A stretch of DNA of 64,000 nt from an uncultured Patescibacteria group bacterium (lineage in GTDB: Bacteria > Patescibacteriota > Patescibacteriia > UBA2591 > CALHIP01): positions 13,180 to 77,179 of the forward strand of contig CALHIP010000007.1 of the NCBI GenBank assembly GCA_938030745.1, read 5' to 3'. The notes under the pieces were generated by a model, which saw nothing but the letters and a program-made list of their open reading frames with translations, had not been told where the DNA came from and ran no database searches. This document shows, piece after piece, positions 29,816 to 39,948 of this stretch. The position numbers and the translations under genes were made by a program. Every line of letters begins with the position of its first letter. The first letter of the stretch is position 1.

Positions 29816-30279
29816 ACTTTTTTATAACCAACTGGAATGATTGCTAAAGGTCTTTGAGATTTTTCTAATTTTAAAATTTGAGAGATTTTATCTTCATCAA
29901 AGGCACCAACCCAACAAGTACCAAGACCTAAAGCAGTTGCTGCTAAAAGTAAATTTTCTGTGGCTGCTGCTGCATCCTGGATTGCATACAAATTTCGACC
30001 ACGTTGGCCATATCTTGAAGCAGTTTTTTCAATATCAGCAACGACAACAATAACAACTGGTGCTTCAGAAATAAAATATTGACCTAAAGCTGCTTCAGCA
30101 ATTTCAATTTTTGTTTTTTGATCACGAATTATTAAAAAATTAGTTGGATAGATAGCGCCAGCTGAAGGTGCCATTTTCCCTGCTTCAATAATTTTTTTAA
30201 TGTCTTTATCAGAAACATCTTTTTGTGAATCAAAACTCCGAACCGAATGTCTTTTTTTAATAACTTGCCAAAAATCCAT
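29812..30279 (-). CDS. Nitroreductase family protein
   Basis: KRHSVRSF, APSAG, LGLGTCWVGAF, PVGY. Confidence 0.92.
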   Translation of the reverse strand: MDFWQVIKKRHSVRSFDSQKDVSDKDIKKIIEAGKMAPSAGAIYPTNFLIIRDQKTKIEIAEAALGQYFISEAPVVIVVVADIEKTASRYGQRGRNLYAIQDAAAATENLLLAATALGLGTCWVGAFDEDKISQILKLEKSQRPLAIIPVGYKKV

Positions 30280-30283
30280 ATTT

Positions 30284-31021
30284 TTAATAGCCAATAGAGA
30301 GTCTTTCAATTAAAAAATTGGGAAAACCTTTCTTTCTCATTTTTTCTTGAGTTCTGTAATAATCATATTCTATCCGATGGTATTCTAAAGTCAAAGCTTC
30401 ATTGTCAAAGATAATAAAACTTGCTTTTGGATTTCGATCACGTGGTTGGCCAACAGAACCAGGATTGATAATATAGAAAGAATCTTTTTCAAACTTTAAA
30501 AATGCTTTATCTGGCGGAAATCTAAATTGATAAATTTTATTTTCTCTTTTTTCAAAAATTGTTGGGATATGTGAATGGCCAACAAATAAAACTTTTTCTT
30601 TAAAAAGAGTAAAATTTTCTTCAGCCTGATAAATTTCTAAAAGATATTCCCAAATCGGATCACGAAGTGAACCATGGGCAAGGATTATCTCTTTTTCTGG
30701 TTTCAAAGTTAAAGGCAGATTGCTTAAAATTTTTTTATTTTCTTGGGAAAGCTCTGAGGCATTAATTTTTACTGCTTGAGCAGCATAAGGATTAAAATCA
30801 AAAATTGAGATTTTTCCAATAACTGCTAAATCATGATTGCCTACTACAGAAATTATTTTTTTCTTTTTTAATAATTCTACACACTCATTTGGGTTTGGTC
30901 CATAACCGACAATATCTCCTAAATGCCAGATTTTTTTGATTCCCCTTTTTTCTAAATTAAAAAGAACTGCTTGAAAAGCCTCTAAATTTGAATGGACATC
31001 AGCTAAAATTCCTATTTTCAT
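30284..31021 (-). CDS. Metallophosphoesterase
   Basis: DVHSN, GDIVGYG, GNHD, GHSH, NPGSVGQPRD. Confidence 0.9.
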   Translation of the reverse strand: MKIGILADVHSNLEAFQAVLFNLEKRGIKKIWHLGDIVGYGPNPNECVELLKKKKIISVVGNHDLAVIGKISIFDFNPYAAQAVKINASELSQENKKILSNLPLTLKPEKEIILAHGSLRDPIWEYLLEIYQAEENFTLFKEKVLFVGHSHIPTIFEKRENKIYQFRFPPDKAFLKFEKDSFYIINPGSVGQPRDRNPKASFIIFDNEALTLEYHRIEYDYYRTQEKMRKKGFPNFLIERLSIGY

Positions 31022-31035
31022 ATCAATTTAACTAA

Positions 31036-31053
31036 ATCATTTACAGCGGCCGC
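31036..31053. repeat. 18-bp intergenic repeat with GCGGCCGC core, copy 1
   Basis: ATCATTTACAGCGGCCGC, identical at 35265-35282. Confidence 0.85.
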
Positions 31054-31070
31054 TTTAAAGAGTTTAGTGG

Positions 31071-31622
31071 TTATTCGGATAATTTTTTTGTGGTAAAAAT
31101 AAAAATTTCTGTTTTTGGATCACGCCAAGCATCAGCTGGTAAACCAGCTTTATAAACACAAAGGCTACTTAAAAATTCTTCTAAATTATAATTGAATTCT
31201 TCTGCTACTTCTGGTAAGAAAACTCCACCTTTAAAACCCTTTTTGATAATTACCCCATGTTTTCCCAACTCTATTTCTTTAGATGGATCTTTTATTTTTC
31301 TCAATGGTGAAATAATTGAAATTTCAATCTTAATTTCTTTTAATTCTTCTAAACTTAAAGGAAAAAAACGAGTATCTTCAAAAGCAGCAGCAATAGCCAT
31401 TTTTGCTACTGCTTCAGCTAATGGATATCTTGGTTCTAAATGACCAATACAACCACGAAGATTACTATCCTTTTTTAAAGTCACAAAAACTGCCATTTTT
31501 TCTTTTAATTTCTCTGGTACTTCAAATTTTGGAATTTCTTTATTTTTTAAATAAAATTCTATTGAATCTCGAGCAATTTTTAATAATAATTTTTTTTCTT
31601 CTTCTTTAAATTCATTTTTCAT
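31071..31622 (-). CDS. AMMECR1-family protein (AmmeMemoRadiSam protein A)
   Basis: FVTL, LRGCIG, DTRF, GVFLPEVA, KAGL. Confidence 0.92.
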   Translation of the reverse strand: MKNEFKEEEKKLLLKIARDSIEFYLKNKEIPKFEVPEKLKEKMAVFVTLKKDSNLRGCIGHLEPRYPLAEAVAKMAIAAAFEDTRFFPLSLEELKEIKIEISIISPLRKIKDPSKEIELGKHGVIIKKGFKGGVFLPEVAEEFNYNLEEFLSSLCVYKAGLPADAWRDPKTEIFIFTTKKLSE

Positions 31623-31631
31623 ACAATTAAA

Positions 31632-32528
31632 TTAATCAGCAAAACGATAAAGACCAAATTTTTTAGCTAAATTAATTGCTTCTTGATATTCTTGATCAGT
31701 AATTGTTCGAGAAAGTTCTTGATAATTAAATGCTTTATAACAAGGCCGATATTGATCCATAATATTTAAGAAAGTATCTTTTGAAATTTCTTCAGCTAAA
31801 AATTTCATAATTTTTTCTGTTCCAGCTAAATTATTTGGTAAAACAAGATGTCGGACAATTAGTCCTTTTTTTGCAATTCCATTTTCAATAATCAAATTAT
31901 TCACTTGGCGATGCATCTCCTTTAATGCTTCTTTTAAAATCTTAAAATAATTTGGCGCTGATGAATATTTTAAAGCTATTTCATCATCACTATATTTTGC
32001 ATCAGGCATATAAATATCAATTATTCCATCTAAAATTTTTAAAGTTTCAACAGAATCATAACCATTTGAATTATAAACTAAGGGAATTTTTAATCCTTTC
32101 TCAATAGCTATTTCTAACCCTTCTAAAATTTGAGGTACTTGAGATGTTGGTGTGACCAAATTAATATTATGACAACCGATTTTTTGTAAATAAATCATCA
32201 TTTCAGCCAATTGATAAGGAGAAACTTCCTCACCATAATCTAATTGAGAAATCTCATAATTTTGACAAAAAACACAAGCCAAATTACAGGAAGTGAAAAA
32301 AATTGTTCCAGAACCATAATTACCAACTAAACATTTTTCTTCACCAAAATGAGGATGAAAAGAAGAGACTTTTGCTTTCCTTCCTAAACGGCAGAACCCT
32401 TTTTCATTTTTTAATCGATTAACATTACATTTTCTCGGACAAACATGACATGGATTTAAAAAAGAAATTGCTTTTTTTATTCTTTTTTTTAATTCTTCTT
32501 TTGAAAGATTAAGATAAGAAGGAAACAT
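31632..32528 (-). CDS. Radical SAM protein, PflX-like
   Basis: CHVCPRKC, HFGEE, GSGTIFFTSCNLACVFCQNYEIS, RHLVLP. Confidence 0.88.
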   Translation of the reverse strand: MFPSYLNLSKEELKKRIKKAISFLNPCHVCPRKCNVNRLKNEKGFCRLGRKAKVSSFHPHFGEEKCLVGNYGSGTIFFTSCNLACVFCQNYEISQLDYGEEVSPYQLAEMMIYLQKIGCHNINLVTPTSQVPQILEGLEIAIEKGLKIPLVYNSNGYDSVETLKILDGIIDIYMPDAKYSDDEIALKYSSAPNYFKILKEALKEMHRQVNNLIIENGIAKKGLIVRHLVLPNNLAGTEKIMKFLAEEISKDTFLNIMDQYRPCYKAFNYQELSRTITDQEYQEAINLAKKFGLYRFAD

Positions 32529-32530
32529 GT

Positions 32531-32998
32531 TTATAAATAACGATATTTATTTATCTGGTAAATAGCAATGCCAGCAGCAACAGCAACATTTAATGATTCT
32601 TTTTGGCCATACATAGGTAAATAAATAATTTTTTCAGCTCTTTTCAATAAAGATTTTGAAACTCCTTTTATTTCATTACCAACAATTAAAAGCAATGGAA
32701 ATTTTGGTCTGAATTTAGTATATAAAATGCTTTTTTTTGTTTGTTCTAAAGCAACAATATAAAAACCTTCTTTTTTAAGTTTATCAACTATTCGCCAAGG
32801 TTGCCAATGGTGTTCCCAAAAAACAGTTTTTTCTGCTCCTAAAGATACTTTTTTCATTTTCTCTGAATCTGGAGTTCCAGTGATTCCACCTAAAATGATT
32901 TTATCAATACCAGCTGCATCAGCAGTACGGAAAATTGCACCAACATTAAAAAGAGAGCGGATATTATCTAATAAAAGATAAAATTTTTTAGATCTCAT
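32531..32998 (-). CDS. SpoU/TrmH family RNA methyltransferase
   Basis: NVGAIFRTAD, GNEIKGV, SLNVAVA. Confidence 0.92.
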   Translation of the reverse strand: MRSKKFYLLLDNIRSLFNVGAIFRTADAAGIDKIILGGITGTPDSEKMKKVSLGAEKTVFWEHHWQPWRIVDKLKKEGFYIVALEQTKKSILYTKFRPKFPLLLIVGNEIKGVSKSLLKRAEKIIYLPMYGQKESLNVAVAAGIAIYQINKYRYL

Positions 32999-33008
32999 TC
33001 TCTCAATT

Positions 33009-34073
33009 TTATTTTAAAATAGATTTTAAAGCTTGAGATTTTTCTGAAGAATTTAATTTTGCTTTACGAATTGCTTTCTCTAAAATAAAAATTGATAAAT
33101 CATATTGTTTTTTATTGATTGGATAAGGTGTACCATCTTTACCACCGTGAGCAAAAGAATATCTGACTGGGTCATGAAAACTCGGTTTAGCTCCATAAAT
33201 TAATTCGGAGATTAAAGCTAAAGCTCTTAAAGTTTTTGGCCCAACTCCTTCATAAGAAACTAATTCCTCATAACTTTTTGGATTTTTCTCATGAGCAGTA
33301 AATAAAATTTTTTGAATTCTTTTCTCAGTATCTGGTTTTAATGGAATCCAATGATATCGAGGCATATTTAAAATTCTAATTTTTTTAAAATCTTTAAGAA
33401 GAGTTTGAAAAGGACCTCGAACAATTTCTGTTGAAACTTCTCTTGTTTTTTTACTTTCTAAAGCAACTAAATTTAAAACTTTACCTTTCCAATCGCAACA
33501 GATAGCTGAATGTGGTTCTTCAACAAAATTTTTTAATTTTTCAGATAGCCAATGATAACGTCTAGCCATTTGAATTTCTGTATTCATCCCTTGCTGAATC
33601 ACTGTCCAATTACCATTTTTTGTGAAAATAAAAGTATGATGATAAATTTGAAAACCATCCTGTAAGCAAGAATTATCAACTTTAGCTACCATTTTACTAG
33701 CATAAATAAGTTTTGGTGTAAAATCTAATGAAAATTTTTGGCCATATTCTTCAATTTCAATTGGTGCTTTTCTTGAAGTTTTTCCTTTACCACCAACAAC
33801 AAAAAGCCCTAAAGATTTTTCTGTTCCTTTCAAAGCTTCTTTAATTGCTCCACAGACAGTAGTACTTAAACCAGAAGAATGCCAATCAAAACCTAAGACA
33901 CAGCCAAAAGATTGAAACCAATAAGGATCGGAAAGCCGACGTAAAACCTCCTCTTGAGAAAATTCATAAACCATTGCTTCGATAATTGCTCGAGCCAATC
34001 TTTTCATTCTTCTGAAAAGCCAAGCTGGTATTGTTCCCCAATGGAGAGGTAAATTAGCGATTCCTGTTCTCAT
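33009..34073 (-). CDS. DUF763 domain protein
   Basis: LPLHWG, FGCVLGFDWHSSG, AKVDN, QQGMN, FAHGGKDG. Confidence 0.88.
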   Translation of the reverse strand: MRTGIANLPLHWGTIPAWLFRRMKRLARAIIEAMVYEFSQEEVLRRLSDPYWFQSFGCVLGFDWHSSGLSTTVCGAIKEALKGTEKSLGLFVVGGKGKTSRKAPIEIEEYGQKFSLDFTPKLIYASKMVAKVDNSCLQDGFQIYHHTFIFTKNGNWTVIQQGMNTEIQMARRYHWLSEKLKNFVEEPHSAICCDWKGKVLNLVALESKKTREVSTEIVRGPFQTLLKDFKKIRILNMPRYHWIPLKPDTEKRIQKILFTAHEKNPKSYEELVSYEGVGPKTLRALALISELIYGAKPSFHDPVRYSFAHGGKDGTPYPINKKQYDLSIFILEKAIRKAKLNSSEKSQALKSILK

Positions 34074-34079
34074 ATTTTA

Positions 34080-35252
34080 TTATTTTACCATTTTCTTCTC
34101 AGTAGTAAAAAGCATTAATAAAATTGCTAGAATTGAAGTAAAAAAAGCAAAAAGAAAAACAGTTCTTGGACCGAAAAATTGCCAGAAGAAGCCAGCTAAA
34201 GATGAGGCAGCTAAAAATACTAAACCAGAAATCATTTGGAAAAATCCTAAAGTTTGACCTTTAAATAAAGGATGAGAAAATTCAGAAATGAAAGCAATTT
34301 GACTCGGCCTTAATGTTGCTTTGGCAAAACCAAATAAAACTAAAAGAGGAATAATTAAAGAATTTTTAAAACCAAAAACAAAACCTAAAACTGAAAGACT
34401 CCAAAAAAGATAAGCTAAAATAATTATCTTTTTTTTACCAATTTTATCAGCCAAACGAGAGATAGGATAAGCCATCAACATCATACTCATTGTCATGATT
34501 AAATAAAGAATTGGTATTGAAGTAACTGACCAGCCATTTTCTCTGGCATAGATAAGTAAAAATGAATAACTAAAAAATCCTAAAGCAAACAAAAGATTGG
34601 CAAAAAAGAAAATTTTTAAAGAGGGATGAAATTTACCAGGTGAAAATTTTAAAAAGGAGGGTTGAACTGGTAAAGCTCTTTCTTTGACCAAAGTGAAAAT
34701 TAAATAGGCACCAATTAAAGAAGGTAAGCCAGCAATAAAAAACATTTCCCGCGGCTTAAGGAATCTAATTAAAATAATGGCTGAAATAATTCCGAAAACT
34801 GCACCTAAATGATCCATTGCATCTAAAAAACCAATCGTTTGGGTTTTAAAACGATGATCAGCTATATCTAAAGCTAAAATATCTCTTGGTGTTTCACGAA
34901 TCTTACCAGCTCGATCTAAAATTTTAAAAGGAAAAAGTAGCCCCCAAAAATAAGTGATGGAATAGCCTAAACGAGCTAATCCACTTATTAAATAACCAAG
35001 CCAGATAAATGGTTTTCTTTTACCTAATTTATCAGAGAGCCAACCAGCAAAAGTTTGAGAAAAAGAAACAACTGCTTCACCGATTCCGTCAATTAGACCT
35101 AAAACACTCATTGGTGCTTTTAAAATCTCTCTGACAAAAACTGGCCAGATTGAATGACCAATTTCTGCTCCCAAATCGTTTAAAAAAGAAGTCGAGCCAA
35201 ATACAAGAATTGTTTTCTTTCTTCGATTATTAAAATCTTTTATTTTTTCCAT
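34080..35252 (-). CDS. MFS transporter
   Basis: Multiple TMs, GWLSDKLGKRK and LADKIGKK motif A. Confidence 0.92.
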   Translation of the reverse strand: MEKIKDFNNRRKKTILVFGSTSFLNDLGAEIGHSIWPVFVREILKAPMSVLGLIDGIGEAVVSFSQTFAGWLSDKLGKRKPFIWLGYLISGLARLGYSITYFWGLLFPFKILDRAGKIRETPRDILALDIADHRFKTQTIGFLDAMDHLGAVFGIISAIILIRFLKPREMFFIAGLPSLIGAYLIFTLVKERALPVQPSFLKFSPGKFHPSLKIFFFANLLFALGFFSYSFLLIYARENGWSVTSIPILYLIMTMSMMLMAYPISRLADKIGKKKIIILAYLFWSLSVLGFVFGFKNSLIIPLLVLFGFAKATLRPSQIAFISEFSHPLFKGQTLGFFQMISGLVFLAASSLAGFFWQFFGPRTVFLFAFFTSILAILLMLFTTEKKMVK

Positions 35253-35264
35253 AATCTTTCCTAT

Positions 35265-35282
35265 ATCATTTACAGCGGCCGC
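35265..35282. repeat. 18-bp intergenic repeat with GCGGCCGC core, copy 2
   Basis: Identical to 31036-31053. Confidence 0.85.
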
Positions 35283-35311
35283 GTGAAATCGTATAGTAAA
35301 GGAATTTAGAT

Positions 35312-36322
35312 TTATTCTTTAAAAATTTTATTTTTTTCTTTATCTATTTTAATTTTAATATCTAAAAATTTCTCTAAAAGCCAAATATGAGTTAAAAGAT
35401 GATTAGTAATTTTTGAAACAGTAAAAGCAAATGGTTTTTTACTAATAGCTAAATAAAGGACAATTTGGTCAGCTAAATAAGGATCGATTACTTTTTCTGA
35501 TTGATAATAATCAGAAAATTGTTGAGCTACTTCTTGACCTACTTTCTCAGCTGGCTTACCTTTTTCACCTAAAGAGGAAAAACCAGCTAAGATATTTTCA
35601 AATTTTACTTTCAAAAAAACAAAAGTTCCAGCTGATAATGCTTCTACCCTTTCTGCTAATATATTTATTCCTGAAAAATTTTTAAGAAAAGATTGAAGAG
35701 CATTTTTCTGACGTTCGGCAATAGAAAAAGGTAAATTTGCGACAACTGATAAACCAGAAATTTCTTCTATTTTTCCTCTTTCTAAAAAATCACTTGCCAC
35801 TAATTTCTGTATTGGCTGAACAAACAATCTTATTCTTCCTCCTCCTTTTGGATAAAAACCATATTTTTCTAATTTTGCTTCTGCTTTTATTCCTAATTTT
35901 TCTATCATTGGTAAAAAAACTTCGGAAAAATAATGAAAAGGCGGAGCCAACGGATTATGAGTTCCACCAACAATTAAAACTTCAGAAGGATGTTTTGAAA
36001 AAGAAAGAGGTAATAAAATAGTCTGAGCTACTAATGTTGTTGAACCAGCTGTACCAATATCAAATTCAAATCTACCAAATTTTATTTTTTTTGGTTCAAA
36101 TCTTAAAATTTTTGAGCCAATTTTTGCACCAGAAACTTTTGCCTGAGAAATTTCCTCAGCTGCTTTAACAGCAACTAAATGTTGAGCCTGAAGTCCTGGC
36201 TTTTTTCTTTTTGCCCGAATATTGAAAATTTCAATTGCTTGAGCAGCTAAAACTGATAAAGAAAGAGAAGTTCTTAAAATTTGCCCACCACCCTCACCAT
36301 AACTTCCATCTATTCTTAACAT
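35312..36322 (-). CDS. rtcA: RNA 3'-terminal phosphate cyclase
   Basis: DGSYGEGGGQILRT, PGLQAQH, GFYPKGGG, YLADQ, TNH. Confidence 0.94.
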   Translation of the reverse strand: MLRIDGSYGEGGGQILRTSLSLSVLAAQAIEIFNIRAKRKKPGLQAQHLVAVKAAEEISQAKVSGAKIGSKILRFEPKKIKFGRFEFDIGTAGSTTLVAQTILLPLSFSKHPSEVLIVGGTHNPLAPPFHYFSEVFLPMIEKLGIKAEAKLEKYGFYPKGGGRIRLFVQPIQKLVASDFLERGKIEEISGLSVVANLPFSIAERQKNALQSFLKNFSGINILAERVEALSAGTFVFLKVKFENILAGFSSLGEKGKPAEKVGQEVAQQFSDYYQSEKVIDPYLADQIVLYLAISKKPFAFTVSKITNHLLTHIWLLEKFLDIKIKIDKEKNKIFKE

Positions 36323-36347
36323 AAAAATTGAAAATGGTTATTGAAAA

Positions 36348-37853
36348 TTAGAAATTTTTTGTTTTATTCTTTCTGCCTCTTTTAATAACTCTCACCATCC
36401 CTTTATTAGCGTCAACCTCAACAAAATCCCCATCTTTTAAAACCTTAGTAGCAATTTTGGTTCCAATGATACAAGGAATGCCGAGTTCACGGGAAACAAT
36501 CGCTGCATGACAGGTTATTCCGCCTTCATCAGTGACAATAGCAATACATTTTTTAAGAGCTGGAGCAAAATCGGGCGTTGTCATTGGAGTAACTAAAATT
36601 TCTCCTCTTTTTATATTTTTAATTTCTTCTTTAGTTTTTATGACTTTTACTCTACCAGAAATTTTTCCTGCCGAAGCAACTACTCCTTTGATTACCTTTT
36701 CTACTTGAGAAGACTTCTCTTCCAAGACTAAATAAGGATTCATTTCTTTTCCGAGATAAATTTTAGATTTTCCATTTTTGATATCAAAAACACAAAGTTT
36801 AGTTCTCGCTTTTAATATTTTTAATATTTTTTTATCAACTTTTTTTTCCTGCCAGATTTCCTTCATTTCATGAGGAAGAATATATCGGACTAATTGAAAA
36901 TGAATTTTTAGTCTCTTTGCCATTTCTTTGATTAAGATTTCTGTTTTAAAATTAAAATAAGAATTATAATATTTTCTTATATCTTGAAGAATAGCAGCAT
37001 CTTGTAAGGCAAAAATGATAGACTTTTCTTTTTGAGTAAGTTTAAGATTTTTCATTAAATTCTTTTGATCAATTTTTAGTTTTTTATAAAAATTATTTTT
37101 CTCCTTTATCTCTTCTTTTAAATTAACTTTTTTAGATATTTTTTTTATTTCTCTTAAATAGTCTTTTTCTTTTTTAACCTTCGGTCCCCGATAGTCATAA
37201 ATCATAAAACCAAATTTATTAACTAGATTTCTTATTTTTATTTTTATCTTTGAAAAAGGAATATTTTTAATTTTTTGAGCTAATTTTAATATCTCAATTT
37301 CTTCCTGAAGAATAAAAGATGGTTTAGAAGGGGTAATGAGGATGTTTAGAATTTTATTGTATTCCCGCCTGTTAATTTTTCTCTGTTGTAAAATTTTTTT
37401 CACCTCTCGAAAAATGGCCTTTTCTCCCCACAGCCAGATAGGAAAAGAAAAAAAACAAAAAAGACGGTAGTCTTCTACTAACAGGGAATAAATTTTGAAT
37501 ATTTTTTTATCAGAAAATTTACTTAATTTTTTTCCTTCTAGTATTTTTAAATCTCTTACCATCTTTTTAGCATATTTTTTCGTTTTTGAAATTAGATAAG
37601 AAGTAAATCGAAAATTCTTTGAGATTTTCTTTAAAATCGCTCGACCAAAATTGTTTAAATGGCGAAAACGAACAGAGGCACTAGCCCAATCGCCTCTTAA
37701 AATATTAATTTGTTCTATTGGAGGAGCACCATAAATTTTAGTCATTTGTGGGGTAGAGGAATAATAATATATTAAATCTAAAATAAAAGGGTGAACCTTA
37801 CTGGCCCTTTTTCTAAATTGATACCAGTTTTGAGGATTTATTTTTTTTATCAT
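36348..37853 (-). CDS. Protein with C-terminal PEP-utilising phosphohistidine (swivel) domain
   Basis: ILVTPMTTPD, TDEGGITCHAAIVSRELGIPC; no nucleotide-binding domain apparent. Confidence 0.85.
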   Translation of the reverse strand: MIKKINPQNWYQFRKRASKVHPFILDLIYYYSSTPQMTKIYGAPPIEQINILRGDWASASVRFRHLNNFGRAILKKISKNFRFTSYLISKTKKYAKKMVRDLKILEGKKLSKFSDKKIFKIYSLLVEDYRLFCFFSFPIWLWGEKAIFREVKKILQQRKINRREYNKILNILITPSKPSFILQEEIEILKLAQKIKNIPFSKIKIKIRNLVNKFGFMIYDYRGPKVKKEKDYLREIKKISKKVNLKEEIKEKNNFYKKLKIDQKNLMKNLKLTQKEKSIIFALQDAAILQDIRKYYNSYFNFKTEILIKEMAKRLKIHFQLVRYILPHEMKEIWQEKKVDKKILKILKARTKLCVFDIKNGKSKIYLGKEMNPYLVLEEKSSQVEKVIKGVVASAGKISGRVKVIKTKEEIKNIKRGEILVTPMTTPDFAPALKKCIAIVTDEGGITCHAAIVSRELGIPCIIGTKIATKVLKDGDFVEVDANKGMVRVIKRGRKNKTKNF

Positions 37854-37879
37854 GAAAATACGAAATAAATGTCAGATTT

Positions 37880-38776
37880 TTATTCAGCAATTTTTTTCTC
37901 AAATTCTTCGCCTTCTTTTATTAATTCATCGATCAATTCTGGTGTTATCTTTATTGTCTCCTCTTTCCCTTCTTCTGAAGAATAATGAATTAAAATTTCT
38001 TTTCCACCTAAAATTTCTAAAGAAAAACCTTCTGTTTCTTTAAAACCACCTTTATATTTTTCTACCCATTTTTCTAAACTCTCTTTTCCTTTAACTTTTT
38101 CAATGACTTTAGCCAAAAAAGATTCACCAATACTTTGATGAGTTACTAAATATCTTTCTAATTGGTTACCATAAGGAGCATATTTTTCTGGATTTTTTTC
38201 AACAATATTTTCAAAAACAGTACCAACAGTTAAATACTTTTTAATAATTTTAGCCACATTAGTAGCAGCGCGTGTCCAACAAGTGGAATTTTTGTCTTTT
38301 TTTTCTAAAATTAATTTGTCACTCTCTTCAACCAAAAATTTAACTACCTCTTTTCTTTTTACTGCATTAGTCAATTCTTCATAAGGAACAAAATCCAATC
38401 CTTTTTCTTCAATAAATTTTTTAACCCTTCCTGGTCCAAGTTTATATTCTTTATCAAGTTCTTCTTGAATTTTCTCTTGAATTTCTTCAAAACTTGCTTC
38501 CGGTGTGAAATATTTATAGAACAAAGCTTCTAATCCTGTTTGTAAAGTTCTTTTTCTTGGACTGCCAACAACTAATCCTACTTCTGGTTGTAGGTTAATT
38601 TCTTCACCTTTTTTGCGGGCTTGAGTTCTACCTACTTCTGATAATAGAACTTCATAATCAGACTGACCAGGTAGTTTCTCTGCCTTTTCTCCATGGCGAA
38701 GAACATGAAGAATTACTTTACTTTTGGATTCTTTAATTTCTTTTGATTCAAAAAATTTTTCACCTTCTTTATTCAT
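37880..38776 (-). CDS. Histidine phosphatase superfamily protein
   Basis: LRHGE, SPRKRTLQT, VTH. Confidence 0.75.
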   Translation of the reverse strand: MNKEGEKFFESKEIKESKSKVILHVLRHGEKAEKLPGQSDYEVLLSEVGRTQARKKGEEINLQPEVGLVVGSPRKRTLQTGLEALFYKYFTPEASFEEIQEKIQEELDKEYKLGPGRVKKFIEEKGLDFVPYEELTNAVKRKEVVKFLVEESDKLILEKKDKNSTCWTRAATNVAKIIKKYLTVGTVFENIVEKNPEKYAPYGNQLERYLVTHQSIGESFLAKVIEKVKGKESLEKWVEKYKGGFKETEGFSLEILGGKEILIHYSSEEGKEETIKITPELIDELIKEGEEFEKKIAE

Positions 38777-38791
38777 AATATTTTAAAGAAT

Positions 38792-39582
38792 TAGTTAATT
38801 TTCGGACCAACCTGTCTGCAGGAGGCAGGAATTGATCCAAAAAATAATTTAAGGAGCTCGACCTTTCTAAAATTGAATTTAAATTCTAACTCCTTAAGGT
38901 ATAAATAAAAGTTATTCTTTTTAATGCCGTGATATTTCATAAAATGTTCTTTGGCAAAAGTCCAGAAACTTTCTACTCTATTGATATGGGTCTAATGATT
39001 TTTGGGATGAATTAGATATTTTTATTTGTTAATTTTGCTGGCCAAAAAGTTTTAAATCATGATAGTTTCTGAATCTATCAGTATAGAAGATGCTTCCTTT
39101 TTCAGTTTTTTCTTTAAGCAATGTTTCTGATTTAACATTTGGAACAATGATGGTATAAATACGATTACTTCGCTCTAAAATGCCTAAAACAATGACCTTT
39201 TCAGCTGCGCCTTGACCACCGAAATAGGCTTCGTCAATTTCTCCTTTTAATTTTTCAAATTCCTGATCTAGAAATTCAACAATTTTTTCTCTGAACCTTT
39301 GATATCTTTGACTAACCGTATTGTAGCTCAAATTTAGAATTTTTGCTAACTGAAATCTCTAAAGGAAATATTTTAAAACTTCTAAATCTGTTTTAATTTT
39401 TCTGAGACTATACTTTTTCTGACATTTTTGCCATTTAATTCTCTTATCTTTAAGCCGGTAAAGATAGTTCTGACCACAAAAAAACATTTTCTTCCTCTTA
39501 AAATTTTGACAGCCAATTATATACCATAATTTTTCGCTTAAATACTACACTTTTAGTATATAGCTGGTCCAAATTTTAATTA
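38792..39582 (-). mobile_element. Degenerate IS1595-family element (transposase pseudogene)
   Basis: Frameshifted fragments CFFC...WQKC Zn ribbon, EIDEAYFGG, YTD, NRVESFW..AK...YHGI....YLYLKELEFKFN; imperfect terminal inverted repeats 38792-38811 and 39563-39582 (15/20). Confidence 0.85.
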
Positions 39583-39717
39583 GCTTATCAAATGGTTTTT
39601 ATAAGATTAATTGGAGGTTTACTTTAAAAATTTTTTCAAACTAATTAATGGATGTCAAATAAAGAAAATTTTTTTGATAAGACTTTTCTTAAATAATTAT
39701 TTTTGAAAGGATAAAAA

Positions 39718-39933
39718 TTAAAAACCAGAAAAAAGACGCCGAGCTAAAATAAAAGAGACTCCTCCCCATAAAAGGGATAAAATCAAAATCAATCTTCCTT
39801 CTTTTTTCAATTGGGGTTCTGATAAAAGAAACAATCCGAAAATCAATCCTGCTAATAAAGGATTAAGTAAGGTAATAAGAAGTCCAACAATAACTAATTT
39901 TTGTTTTGATTTCAAAACAATTCTTTCATCCAT
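39718..39933 (-). CDS. Small hypothetical membrane protein
   Basis: 71 aa, two hydrophobic helices, co-oriented with the rtcB cluster. Confidence 0.65.
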   Translation of the reverse strand: MDERIVLKSKQKLVIVGLLITLLNPLLAGLIFGLFLLSEPQLKKEGRLILILSLLWGGVSFILARRLFSGF

Positions 39934-39948
39934 AAATAAATCAATGAT

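Noticed and set aside
39029-39331. 100-aa ORF as an intact gene
   Set aside because: It is an internal fragment of the frameshifted IS1595 transposase.
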